Below, in pieces: positions 41,939 to 53,539 of a DNA stretch of 64,000 nt (position 1 is the first letter of the stretch; each line of letters begins with the position of its first letter). The notes beneath the pieces are model-generated. The model saw nothing but the letters and a program-made list of their open reading frames with translations. It did not search any database and was not told where the DNA came from. The position numbers and the translations under genes are program-made. This DNA comes from Catajapyx aquilonaris (Eukaryota): positions 62,001-126,000 of the forward strand of contig KZ537988.1 of assembly GCA_000934665.2 (NCBI GenBank), given 5' to 3'.

Positions 41939-42135
41939 AATAATAATACTTAATAATTGGATACCTTGTGATAGGCCTGCTGGGCCTTTTCATGGACCAT
42001 CTCTTAAGTGACTGACTATTCATTGACTCCACTGTTGATGGATATTGACTGTGGGAGGAAGGAAAACCCGGAGCAAACCCACACAACCATGGAGAGAATC
42101 CATCAAAATATTTCCACATGAGATCCTCTACCCTA
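41939..42135 (-). mobile_element. SINE copy (V-domain-like family) in the probable AGPAT 3' UTR
   Basis: Reverse complement matches the core and tail of 34937-35142 (TTCTCTCCATG..GTGGGTTT..CCTCCCACA..ATCCATCA..AGGCCTATCA..GGTATCCA-(ATT)n). Confidence 0.8.
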
Positions 42136-42940
42136 TGTCATAACAAGTAAATAGGAGAATGCAAGAATAAGAACGGATGTCAGAAATTTCCAAGATTGCA
42201 GAACTGTCTTTGGTGTTTTAGTTTGTAATCAGGACTCAGTAATGGTGCACCCAACGAAATCATTGCTGAAACTATTGTTATTACTTGTGGAAATGTGAAA
42301 ACATGTAGAAATTGTGGGCTATTTCCCAGGTACCATCAAAAACACCTACAATATAATCTGCTCCGAGACAAAGTGCTTGAGAAGTGTACAAAAATACCAT
42401 TCACTTGCGTAAAAAAAAAGCCAACTACAGTAGATTGCTAACCTTTTTGCCTATCAGTTGTTGAAGATGCAGGTTCCGATAAGCTGTATCGCATAACTAT
42501 GGGAATGGCGTTACCGACCAACACTTAAACCATGACTTAGAAAATTGTGTCTAGTTGTAAATGCTCAAGACATGTCTTGAGTGCAAAGATCAATACCATT
42601 GAACAAAAGACATGGCAGAGGCAGTAAATTCATTATGCTTTCAGTTTTCAAACTGGGTGGGTACAAGTTATCACATGCATCAACAAAACATTATCTGAGG
42701 ACAATGGTTTTTAAAAAGTTGAAAGCTGAGTGAAGTGAACTGTAATTACCTGTCATTTTGGCGTATTCCATTACACAGTGATGAGAAGTCGGAGACACGG
42801 CACCCAGTTTGCCACAAGCAATCACCATCACATAAACAAGATAACAAAAATAGCTACAATTCCACAATAAATACTGTAAATAAATTTGGCGACATTTAAC
42901 GAATTTATGACATGAGAGGTCTTTCAGCATTATCTTTGCT

Positions 42941-45525
42941 TTAGTGTGAGTTGCTATTGCAATTTGCAGCAACTGGCTTCTGAACCTGCGCTGCAGGAGC
43001 CACAGGTGTCTTCGGCTTTGTCTCCTCAGATGTCGCTGTGAAGACTTCCATCATGGAGTCCCGGACCTTTGTCATGAGGCCATCCATGTCATCCTTTGTC
43101 AGCCCCTCAGTTGGGACAGGTGGTAGGGTCGTCACAATCACCTTCCCTGGAAAGTGGAGCTTTGCTTTGAGACAATTCCAGCTTGAAATAAGCTGCAAAG
43201 TCCCATCATTGATTACTGAAGAACATGTTGTATCCTACATGCGAAAGAAACAGTTGGATTCTGCATCAAGTTTTGTTAGTAAATCTCTTCCAGTTAGGGA
43301 ACACACCCCGAAAATTGCTTTGCATGCAAAGGTAGAAGAAAAGACATGCATATTCCCAGAGCCAAGATTTACCCATGTCAAATCTCTGCTGACTGCAGTC
43401 AAGAAAATGATAGAAGGAGAAGACCACAGGCAGGACAGGGATCTGTGCCTCGATGGCCACATGGAAAGCCCCTTTCTTAAAGGGCAGCATGGTAGTTTTG
43501 TTGTTACGAGTACCTTCTGGAAATATCCACAGCTTCACCTGTAATTGGAGCAAGAAGAGAGGGACCGGAGGGCCATTTCCCGAGAAAGACAACGAACCGC
43601 CAGCATAACAGAATATCACAAAAGAAAATAATAAGATCAAATCACCTTCCGATAAAAGAAAGCCAAGCCTGTTATGGAAGAAGCAGAGGATATTTTTACC
43701 TTTTCTCTCTTGACCATCTGTCCCACATCACTCATAATGCTGTGTGCCTTGTCACGCTTGAACCGATCAATGAAAACAGTGCCTGCCAGCCATGCAATGG
43801 GGCCGAAGGGGGGTATGTACAGGATCTCCTTCTTGGAGATGGCTGCACACTTGCCCATTGTTGGCCACAGGAAAAGCATCCCTGTACAGACAAAAGCAAT
43901 GGACCAGTCACAGTGCTCCTACATTAATGTCACTCACTGCTTGATGAGCCTTGTGGCAAAAGAGATTGGCTGAGCCATACTCAATACCATGGTATTTCTG
44001 GCATCTACTGTGATTAGAGCCTGCCAATCATAATGTGGCAAAAAAGAAATAATAAAATCATGGGAATAAAGTGTGGTCCAAAATGATCACTCAATTCAAG
44101 GTGCTAATTATTGGTTACAGTGGATCCTGCAGTACATGCAAACCTTACCCAAAAAGTCAAGGGAGCTCTGGTGGTTGCAGACTAGTACGTAGGCCTCGTC
44201 CTTCAGCAGCAATTCCTTTCCTCGTAACTCCCATTTTATTCCAACCAAATGTGTCAGAAAAGAGAGCACATGAGCTGCAATCCTGCAAGATGCAAAACAA
44301 ACATTGTTACATCAATATACTGTATTGTAGTATCCTACTTCTATGGGGAAACACTCGTGAGAAGAATGATGGTTCTTCGTACAACACCAAACCAGCTAAC
44401 AAATAACTGACCCATTACAGTTGAGTCCAGATATAACAGACCTCAACGGACCATAAAAATCAGTTGGCTGGATCAGTGGTGGATTTAAATTTATTTAAAT
44501 TTAGGCCTATTATTATTTTCAACCGTAAGGAACTGAACCTGCAAATAATGAAACCATACATTTGGAGGGCTTGCAGTATACTACTTACTATTTGAGTGCT
44601 TATGCTGTACTTATGACTGGGTGTAATATGTTGTAATGCAAATGAACACTACACTTGAGTAGCTACTCCAGCCCTGAAGGTCATGCAACATGTATTTGTT
44701 CACAAATACATGTCAGTGTTGTATATGCTAATATGGAGTGATGGGCACTAAAAATCAATATACTGCATTGTTCCGATGACAACTGTCATGAAATCAGACA
44801 TGCACATGGCCATTGGCCAAGGCCATGCATCATTGAATTTGTTATATGGAGTTTAAAAATTGTGAAAAGGTAGGATCAGGTAACATTTCTTCAAATTGCG
44901 CACATTGCTGAATTAATTATTATTACTGAATTATTGCTGGTAACTGAATTTTTCATGTACACTCGAGTAATAATAAAAATCCTACTGTTGCAGTGTTTTC
45001 AGCCCAGTGGGATAAATCACATCTGCCTTTATCAAACATTCACGTTACATGCATTACACATGCCAAACGCGCATTGATGATGATGATATCACGCATGCAT
45101 GCCAAATGCTGTTTTCCCAAGGAAAGAACTGATGCGACTGTTCAGTTTTATACTCTCACGTTTATGGGAACTTGAACGTTATACTTCTGAAGTGTAGCAT
45201 CAGAGCACTGAGAATTTTGACCAGTAACCAGATGGCCCTGAGAGCTACACATTCCATTTACAGACCCTGTTAATGCCCCTGGTAAAGGGTCTGCCCCCCC
45301 CCCCCCCNCCCCCCCCCTCCATACTTACACGGTGTTCCTGACGTTCTTTGGCCTGATCAGAAAGACAGGGATGAGCAGCAAAGAGATGATGATGACGGTG
45401 ACGTAGTAGACAACATACTTGGCGTAGAACCTGAACTTGGGGTTCAGCTCATAAAGGATGGGCACGCCCAGAAGAGCCACTGCCACGGCCAGGCACAGGA
45501 TGTCCCACCACGACCACTCATCCAT
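42941..45525 (-). CDS. AGPAT1: 1-acyl-sn-glycerol-3-phosphate acyltransferase (AGPAT1/2-like), ~294 aa; exons 45525-45329, 44282-44149, 43881-43700, 43538-43373, 43146-42941
   Basis: NHQSSLD, VFIDR, FPEGTR and LPFKKGAF motifs, N-terminal hydrophobic segments, consistent splice phases. Confidence 0.94.
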
Positions 45526-45859
45526 CACCTACAGTGCAATACAGGTCTCTCTTAGTATTTTGCTGCTCCTGCTGCAGCAGATTCCTGCCCACCACCACCT
45601 GCCTTTTTCTCCTTGTCACGATGCCACAGGGCACACAGAGAGCCAAGACGTTCCCCCACCTCCTGGTAGCACCTGTTCGAAGAGGCGATGACCCGGCTAG
45701 GATGGATGGATGGATTATATCGTGTGTGATGCGCACAGCCGCACACACTGTCGGCTACACACACACACACGGAAGGGGGAAGGGTGTTCGCAGGGCGGCA
45801 GGGAGGGAGGATCAGCTGTGGACGGAGGCGTTGGGGGGGGACATGTTGGGGCCCACTCA

Positions 45860-46010
45860 CTCGCTCGTCATTGGCTGGTTCAGCCGATGCCCTCGCACCC
45901 ATTGGTCGGGGGGCCATCTCTCCCACCACAGGTGGACACAACATGGCGTCCACTCTCCACCTTCCATCCGATTGGTCCACGACTGCCGGTTTCTCCTCCA
46001 ATGGGAAGCC
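45860..46010. promoter_or_regulatory. promoter between divergent AGPAT and CUTA
   Basis: CCAAT boxes at 45870, 45901 and 45971 (inverted) and 45998. YY1-like AACATGGCG at 45940. CpG-rich. Confidence 0.55.
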
Positions 46011-47282
46011 TCGTATCAGCAAAAAAAAAAAGGGGGCGCCAGATCTGCGAAACGTTCAGTACCGTTCAGTACATATCATAATTGAAATCATGTCCATGTT
46101 ACACCAACGACCAACTACTCTCCTGCTCTCTTCCCATATTCAATTGCAACGGGAGAGAGGCTCGACAAATGGATTGATTGATTGATTGGCACATCATCTG
46201 CCCAATTCAATCGCCTTGATAACACAAGGGCTTCGAGTGATTCCACACAAGTTCCGGGTCACGGTGATAATCCAACTATCTTATCACCACTGCTTGTTCA
46301 TTCCAGCCAAGTACATTTTGGCTCATGGTGGTACGGAAGAAAGGGACTCGTTTATTTATAGTTATGCATTGCATTTCCCCCTGGCAACTCTCAAGGCATG
46401 ACCTCAATGCGGTTCCTGATCGAGTTTAGTAAAAACAGCGAGTCCTTTTGACACACGCCTGAGGCACAAAACTGGTCCTTTTTCGGTACATGGCACTCTC
46501 AATCGATCACACCCACTCGTTGTATGTAATGATGGGGTGTACAGCATATAGCCATGCACTGTGCAGCGACTAACATATTATTCAGAGTGGAATCGATTCC
46601 CTCCGAATGGTTTAGGCGTGTGCCGACTGGCCCTACTCTCATGACCATAATTTTCCCAACTGGAATTACACGGGCAGCGCACTAGTGATTTTGCCGCGCT
46701 GATGGACTGTTTGATTGGGGCGGGCCTGTCAGGTGTTATTATTATTTCTTGTTCCACCTTCCTCCGCTGCTGATGGGGCGCCACCATCGGCAGGACAAAA
46801 GAGGATCAGACTGCGCCGCATGTAACTGCGAAAGAGGGAGGCAAAATATCCGTTCAAAAAGTGCCTCTGGCTTGAGGCTGAGGGAGATCCGAGGCGGAGG
46901 CAGAGGGCCCAAGGCACTACCCCACACCCTGCAGCCTTGCCCTGCTGTTGCCACACTCCCTGCACTGAACCCATAAATAGTTGACCCCATCCCTTCACCA
47001 TTTGGTCTGTGCTGGGAAGCTGTAGGCTGCTGGCATAATTATATGCCTCACAACATTTGAGTGGTACTTTTCGGCTGGATGTGGTCTGGGATCAAGCTCA
47101 TTCTACTGGTGGGTCCACTCAGGGATTACTTACTTTAAATCAAGTAATACCTGGTCCAGTGCAGCCATCACATAGGGGCAACATGCCTGCTGGCAAATGA
47201 GCTAGCCTCGAGTTGTGCTCAGGCTGTCATTATTAAATGGCGCAAGGCACATGAAATCCTAAGAGCACCTCTGGTGTTACAG

Positions 47283-50200
47283 ATGAACCTCACCTGGCTT
47301 TTCCTGTTGCAGACGCTGATTGGTGGTGGCCTCATTTGTATGCCTGGATTACTTCTGACCTTCCAACGAGCACTCTCAGTCATGGCTGGAACGTCAACGT
47401 ATTTAGCAGGGACACATTCTGTCACTTTTGTCACAGCCCCTAGCATAGAAGTGGCAAAGAAGTTGGCACAGTCAGTCAGCACATGCATTTTCACACGAAT
47501 GTTTGCACGATACTACGCTCATGGTTCAACCTGTCTTTTGCAGTGGACTGGTGAAAAACAAGCTGGCAGCCTGCGTGAATCTTGTGCCACAAATCACTTC
47601 AGTGTGAGGAGCATTTACAATAATTGCAAAATGTCATGAAATTATATCCAACTGGCACCACGTATGATCTAAATATTATAGCCTCTAGTACAGTGGTTCC
47701 CAACCTGTGGGTCGCCGACCCCCGTGGGAGTCGTAAACAGTTTTATGGGGGGTTGCCAAAGTTGTTTTATATTAGCAGACACTCAGCCATGAATAAATTA
47801 TGCAGTTGTTTGTCTGGTGAAACCATCTATAATATTAAAATGCTTGCGTTGTATGTATAATCCCTCTGATTGGTCCGCCCCCATATTGTTGCCACCACCT
47901 CTTCCTATTGGCCCGCGTCCATTGTTACTGCGACGTATTCATGACATATTGTTACCATGGCGCTTCCGATTGGCGCCCGTTCAGCGCATGCGCAATGGGG
48001 GTGGGACCCGTTCATTTGCATGTTGCCCTCCGCTAGCTTAAATTAGGCAGGAGAGAAGCAATAGCAATATTATCAGAAAGGAGAGCAGCCATTCTGTAGA
48101 ATTACTCCAGAGAGAAACACATTAACGGAATTGGCTGCCCCCGGAGAGAAACCCATTACTTGAAATCGCGACTCTCTGGATAGAAACCAATTTATTGCAA
48201 GGTCTTTTCCCCAGAGGGAAACCATTTACTGGAATGGCTTTTCTCCAGAGAGATAAACCGAATCGACTTCTCCCCGGGTGAAACCCATTTACTTTATAGG
48301 CTTCTCTTCGGACAGACACCCATCAACCGAATCGGCCTTTCCCCGGGGAGAAACCGACTTAGTGAAATGACCTCTCTGGAGAGACCCCCATCAACAGAAT
48401 CGGCTTCTTCCCTGGGAGAAACCCATTCAGTGAAATGGCTTCTCTCCGGAGGGACACCGATCAACTGAAACGGATTCTCCCCGGCGAGAAACCCATCCGG
48501 TGAAACGGCTTTTCTCCTGGGAGAAACCCACTCAATGAAATGGCTTCTCTCCGGAGAGAAACCCATCCGGTGAAATGACTTTTCTCCGGAGAGGAACCGA
48601 TCACATGGATTGGCTTCCCCCCGGCGAGTAACCCATTTAGTGAATTAGCTTCTCTCCGGAGAGAAGTCGATTTAGTGAAATGGCTTCTCTTCGGAGGGAC
48701 ACCCATCACCCGAACCGGCTTTTCTGGAGAGAACCCCCTAATTTCAGATAACTCTTATATGGAGTGGCTCATGGAAAATTAATGGGTGGAATTTTCGTCA
48801 ACTACTAGTCTCATTAAAATATGTTGGGTAAAATAAATATTAGGTAATTATGTTATGAAAATATTGTTCTCTTTACCCTGTAAAAATGTGGGAGGGTCAC
48901 AAGTTATTTGGCTATTATAAAAGGGGGTTGCGACTCGAGAAAGGTTGGGAACCACTGCTCTAGCATAGCTGTTTGCAAATTGTATTCTAAAGGCCATTTC
49001 ACAAAAAAAATGTCGCGCGGCAAACGGCGCGACTTGCGGCAAATTTTTATTTATATTTATTGTTGCCAATTGTTGGCAACAATAAAATTTGCCACAAGTC
49101 GCGCCGTTTGCCGCGCGACATTTTTTTTTTGTGAAATGGCCTTAATAGGCTTACACATAATTGGTTCTTCAAATAGAGAACATGGTGATGTACTGCTCAT
49201 GCCACGGATTATTTACTCCAGAAATGAAGCTCAAAAAGTAGCAACACATTGGAAATAACAGTTGTGCGCATTCACTGGTCTTGATTGTTCGTTTTCTTTA
49301 AAAGTCTGTTCCATGGGTGAGCTACCTACATATTCTCTGCCAGTTCCATGTTGGACTGCAGACTTGGGCAGTGCATCACCCTGTACTCTACATGAACAAT
49401 ATTATAATCCTTGATTCATTCTTTTGGCACTACCAACTGGCTTACTCGTAAATGGTACTAATATTGCTTTCTGAATAGCTATGAGTGGAAAGGCGAGATT
49501 AATGAAGATCCTGAAGTGTTGATGGTAGGTTGTTTCATGCACAACTGAGAGTAGGTTTGCCAGTGACGCCTCGTTTGTTCTCAGATGATCAAGACAAGGT
49601 CTGCTCGATTGGAAGAACTAACAGAGTTTGTCAAGAAAAACCATCCTTATGAAGTGTGTGAAGTCATTTCAATGCCTGTAAGTAAGAAAGTTTACTACAT
49701 GGGCATTTATCCAGACTTTTGGAACTATGTTTGGGATGCAACGCAATTGCTTCTTTGACCCCTGAAGGACTGACAACAATTTCTCTTAGCAACTGCCCCT
49801 GTGCACTTGCACCATCGCAGTCTAAGCCATTATAGCATTTTGTCTGATGTTGGAAGTGAAGGTCTATCTCATAACTGCGAGTAGTCGAAATATCGTTGCG
49901 ATTTTGACTTTTCACGCACATGCGAGTAGAATAGTGCGTGAAAATTTGATATTTTCGTGCGTGAAATTGTGATGCGAACTTGTCTACCCAGGGTTGAAAA
50001 AACATGCAGGTGCGAACTCGTCTGCACGATTTCGTTCTGTGAGTGACCAATCAAGACGCATAGCTGAGTCACCTGGGACGTCCCCCTATTTTGTCCTGTG
50101 TTTAATTATTGCATGACCTGCATCATATAAGAATGAAAGGGCAGGTCGTCATGGATGCTGCGGCACAGGGAGCGAGCCGCGATTCCTAGTGCCAAGGATT

Positions 50201-50817
50201 GCCTAATGGACAATCGTCATGGACTTCAGAGTAGCACATTGCGTACCCCATGAGGGGTCTGCTGTGTCCTTAGATGTCCAGTGATTTTCTGGTCCAGACA
50301 CGATGCTGTGTCCAAGTGTCCCGGAACTGCTTTCACCCACCTTATGATTGTCCAGGATCCTTGTCCTGACATCCCAGCCCAAAATAGCGACGAAAAATCC
50401 TTTGTACAGCACTACAGTTGTGGGGGACTCATTATTTTCCGCTAGTCCACGTTCGAATAATTCAAACCTCCCTGCCCCACTCTAGTCATGTTCGAATTCG
50501 AATCTCCCTCCCGCACACTACTCGCACAGGCCATGACTCACACGTGCGTGAAAAGCCAAATTCGCAACAATATTTCGACTACTCGCAGATATGAGAATAG
50601 ACCTTTACCCTCAGAGTATTTGCCTCGTCAATATTATTCTGTTGAAATAAATCCAAGGTCATATGTGGGGTATTCTGACTGCAAATAGCATGGGAAACTA
50701 GGTTATGAGGCCCTATGTTTGTTGTAGTACAATACAGGCTATTTTCAGATTCAACAAGGCAACATCCCTTACTTGAACTGGATCAGCGAAGTTGTTCCAG
50801 ACAAAGAAAAGGAATAA
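47283..50817 (+). CDS. CUTA: CutA divalent cation tolerance protein homolog, ~151 aa; exons 47283-47470, 47544-47603, 49479-49524, 49585-49677, 50749-50817 (start codon uncertain)
   Basis: [81 protein letters not shown]. Confidence 0.93.
47691..48957. mobile_element. hAT (Charlie-like) non-autonomous element in CUTA intron 2
   Basis: TIRs CAGTGGTTCCCAACC and GGTTGGGAACCACTG. 8-bp TSD CTCTAGTA/CTCTAGCA resembles the NTCTAGAN-type target. Confidence 0.9.
48100..48740 (+). repeat. ~35-bp minisatellite (about 18 diverged units) inside the hAT element
   Basis: Approximate consensus TTCTCTCCGGAGAGAAACCCATT.AGTGAAATGGC; for example units start at 48545 and 48580. Confidence 0.9.
48991..49142. mobile_element. 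PIF/Harbinger-type palindromic MITE
   Basis: Near-perfect inverted arms AGGCCATTTCACAAAAAAAATGTCGCGCGGCAAACGGCGCGACTTG... TAA TSD at 48988-48990 and 49143-49145. Confidence 0.88.
49860..50604. mobile_element. MITE with ~70-bp TIRs (Harbinger-like) in CUTA intron 4
   Basis: AGGTCTAT-CTCATAACTGCGAGTAGTCGAAATAT... versus ...ATATTTCGACTACTCGCAGATATGAGAATAGACCT. Flanks are TGA and TTA. Confidence 0.8.
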
Positions 50818-50900
50818 AAGTTTGCATCATTACAATAATACCAAAGCTGATTATGTTTATTTTCCTTCTCCTGCACCAGCATATTGCAGGCATGTCCCTC

Positions 50901-52835
50901 TTACATGCGTACCTGAAACCGTCCTGCCTTCGTGATGTATTTGACTCCCTTGAATGGTTTGTACTTCTCGCCATACATATCCAGGCGATTGACCTTGAGG
51001 CCGGAGACAGCCAACTGACTGATTGTGAACTGGACCTTCATAAATAAAATAAAGCATATTTGTATTCAGACTTAGCTTGCTCAATATGTGCTACTTACAT
51101 TAATAGTTGGATTAGATTCCACAGGTGGTGCTCCACTTTGTAGGTTAATCTGTAAAATAATAATTAATGTCATTCAGAATTATGGTGTAATGAGAGACCT
51201 GTCCAAGAAAAACTGATGCCTTTACAGCCATTGATAGTTTTACCCATGAACCTTGCCAAACTAGATGTTTGACAATCAGTTTTTAACAGTATATTGTAAA
51301 TTACAGCATTGCACCTATTCAGTAATTGGTAAACAATTAACGGTTTAAAAGGTCAACTGATAATACAGTATTGCAATAATTCTACAATAACAGAACTGCT
51401 AATTATATGTGACTGACTATTCCAATGAAAACTGAACCTCCTCGACACTTACAGTGCCCCTGATGTTGGGCAGCCTTGTGGGATCGATCTTGCCAACATC
51501 CCACATGAGGATCTTGCTTACAGGATCAAAGGTGTACCTCCCCTGATTTGGGGTGAGGGTGCAGTTGAGCACTGCTTTGGGCATGGGGACTTCCAAGCTC
51601 ACTCCCTCCACATTCTTCCCCATAGTTTGGCGAGGACCCACCGTGATGTCTAACCTTCCCCCGCCCACATCATGGAAGGAAATGTTGTGGCGGACGTAGA
51701 TAGGCACCCCTACTACAACCACACTCTGGCTGGTCCCAATGTGGTAAGACATCAAACGAAAGTTGCCGTCAGGTGGAATGAAAGAGAGGAGGCGTTCAGA
51801 CTCCCAGCGCTTGAAGCGGACGCAGGGATGGAAGCTCACGTCATCAAACAGACGGGGATTCATGAATGACAGTGTCAGGTCTGGCATGCCACTCAACTTG
51901 ATGCAGCAGTCAATCTGGTCAGAAACAAGAAACAGTTAGCTCTAGGTCAGTGTGCCACAGAAAACACAATCTTCCATGCAAAATGTGACAGAATAGGGAG
52001 ATTACTAACATATCCTTGTATTTCAGCAAAGACAGTTGACCCTGACTTGTCCACAATAGCATCAACCTCTTCAATGACATCAAAATAAGCCTCATTGGAG
52101 GCATATTTGACACCTGTCCTCCTCCAAGGAACATTGGACAGCTGACCACTGGGGAGCGTGGAGCTGACATTGGATTTCCCTGTGACAGTATTGGCGATGG
52201 TACGTAATATGTTTGGAGGCTTGATGAGTTCCTTGAGTACATTAGACTCTGTAGCCAGGGGGAACCCATTGTCCAGCATCTCATCCAGCAGCTCGTACAC
52301 AACCACGTAGTGCTCCTTTATCACTGATTCTGTGCACTCTCCAAAGTAGTCCTCAAATGTGTCCACCACTCGATGGAGGAATTCAATCACAAACAAAGGT
52401 GGGACTGAAATTGCAATCAGTTTCATAATTATTTTTACACATGTGAGGATTCTGTCCTGGATCATTTAAATCAATGCCCATAATTTATAAACATTATTCC
52501 TCAAGGAACACATCCAAAATACCTTCTGTCATGCAAACTGCAACGAAGAACATGCCACATCTGTAAATGCTGATGAGGTAGTGGTGGGGAGTGGCAATGA
52601 CAGGTGGAATGTCCTCGGGGGCGCCCATCTTCCTCTGCTGGTCGAAGAAATAGTCACACACGGAGCGTGACACCACGCTCTTCCAGTGCTTCTCCATGAA
52701 AACATCTCTGGAAAATATACGGCATGCTGAATAATTAGCATGTGCTACAATTTTGAAACCAGGAGCTCATTATATGCACCTGGCAGTGTCACTCACTCAC
52801 CCGGACAGGTTGACGATGAACAGGCTGTGGATCAT
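50901..52835 (-). CDS. AP3M1: AP-3 complex subunit mu (carmine/AP3M), ~420 aa; exons 52835-52801, 52707-52523, 52404-52010, 51914-51453, 51149-51099, 51035-50901
   Basis: MIHSLFIVNLSGDVFMEKHWKSVVSRSVCDYF, YELLDEMLDNGFP, VSFHPCVR, IPPDGNF, SGLKVNRLDMYGEKYKPFKGVKY. Confidence 0.97.
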
Positions 52836-53004
52836 CTTGACAGGTGGAAGGCACGTTACCAGCCAGCCAGGTGGTTCTCCTGCCGTCACTTCCCTCTTTC
52901 TCAAGATGCCTATCGTCGATGTCAACAGACAACTTGATCCGGGGATTAGAGTGTTTCAATTGCACTTGTCTTCCCACCGGGATGAAGAGATCATTAATCG
53001 CGTG

Positions 53005-53095
53005 ACCTGGTAGCCGCCATCTTTAAAGCGACGTCGCAACAAGTGTTGCCAACAGGATTTAAAAGACGATGGATTCAAGATGGCCGACTGGATCG
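53005..53095. promoter_or_regulatory. bidirectional promoter AP3M/RABL6 with outward-facing YY1-like motifs
   Basis: GCCGCCATCTTT at 53013-53024 (reads AAAGATGGCGGC toward AP3M) and CAAGATGGCCG at 53076-53086 (toward RABL6). Confidence 0.65.
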
Positions 53096-53539
53096 TGTCC
53101 GAAACATCGTGACATCCTAATATCTGCTTATGCTACCTTTCGCTTGAACCCTCTCATATGCAACGTGTTACTCCAATAACAGCGATGCTACTATCTGCCC
53201 CTGGGTTACATTCCGGATGCAGCCCCAATGTGCCCAACTGTGACTGCAGCAGTAAACCAACTGGCTGCTCCGATCCTCAACCAGGCAAAGAAGATCCCAT
53301 GGCTTAGCAAGCAGTAGGAGAGAGAGAGAGAAAAAAGCAGGTCGACCATTGCAATATTTCCACCAGTTTCTTCTGTCATATGGCAACAGGATGCGGAAAC
53401 GTCAGCTGTAATTGCAGTGGAAGTCACAGCAGCCTCCAGTGCACCATGGCCATCCTCCAGATGGGATCCTGCTTGCCGCAGTGGTGACTCCAGTGAAGGT
53501 TGCCTGTCACAACTGCGCAGAGCAGGCAGGTGAAGAAGG

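Noticed and set aside
48100..48740. CRISPR-like regularly spaced palindromic repeats
   Set aside because: The intervening segments are homologous to each other and the repeats are degenerate. The context is a eukaryotic intron inside a MITE with no cas genes, so this is a minisatellite.
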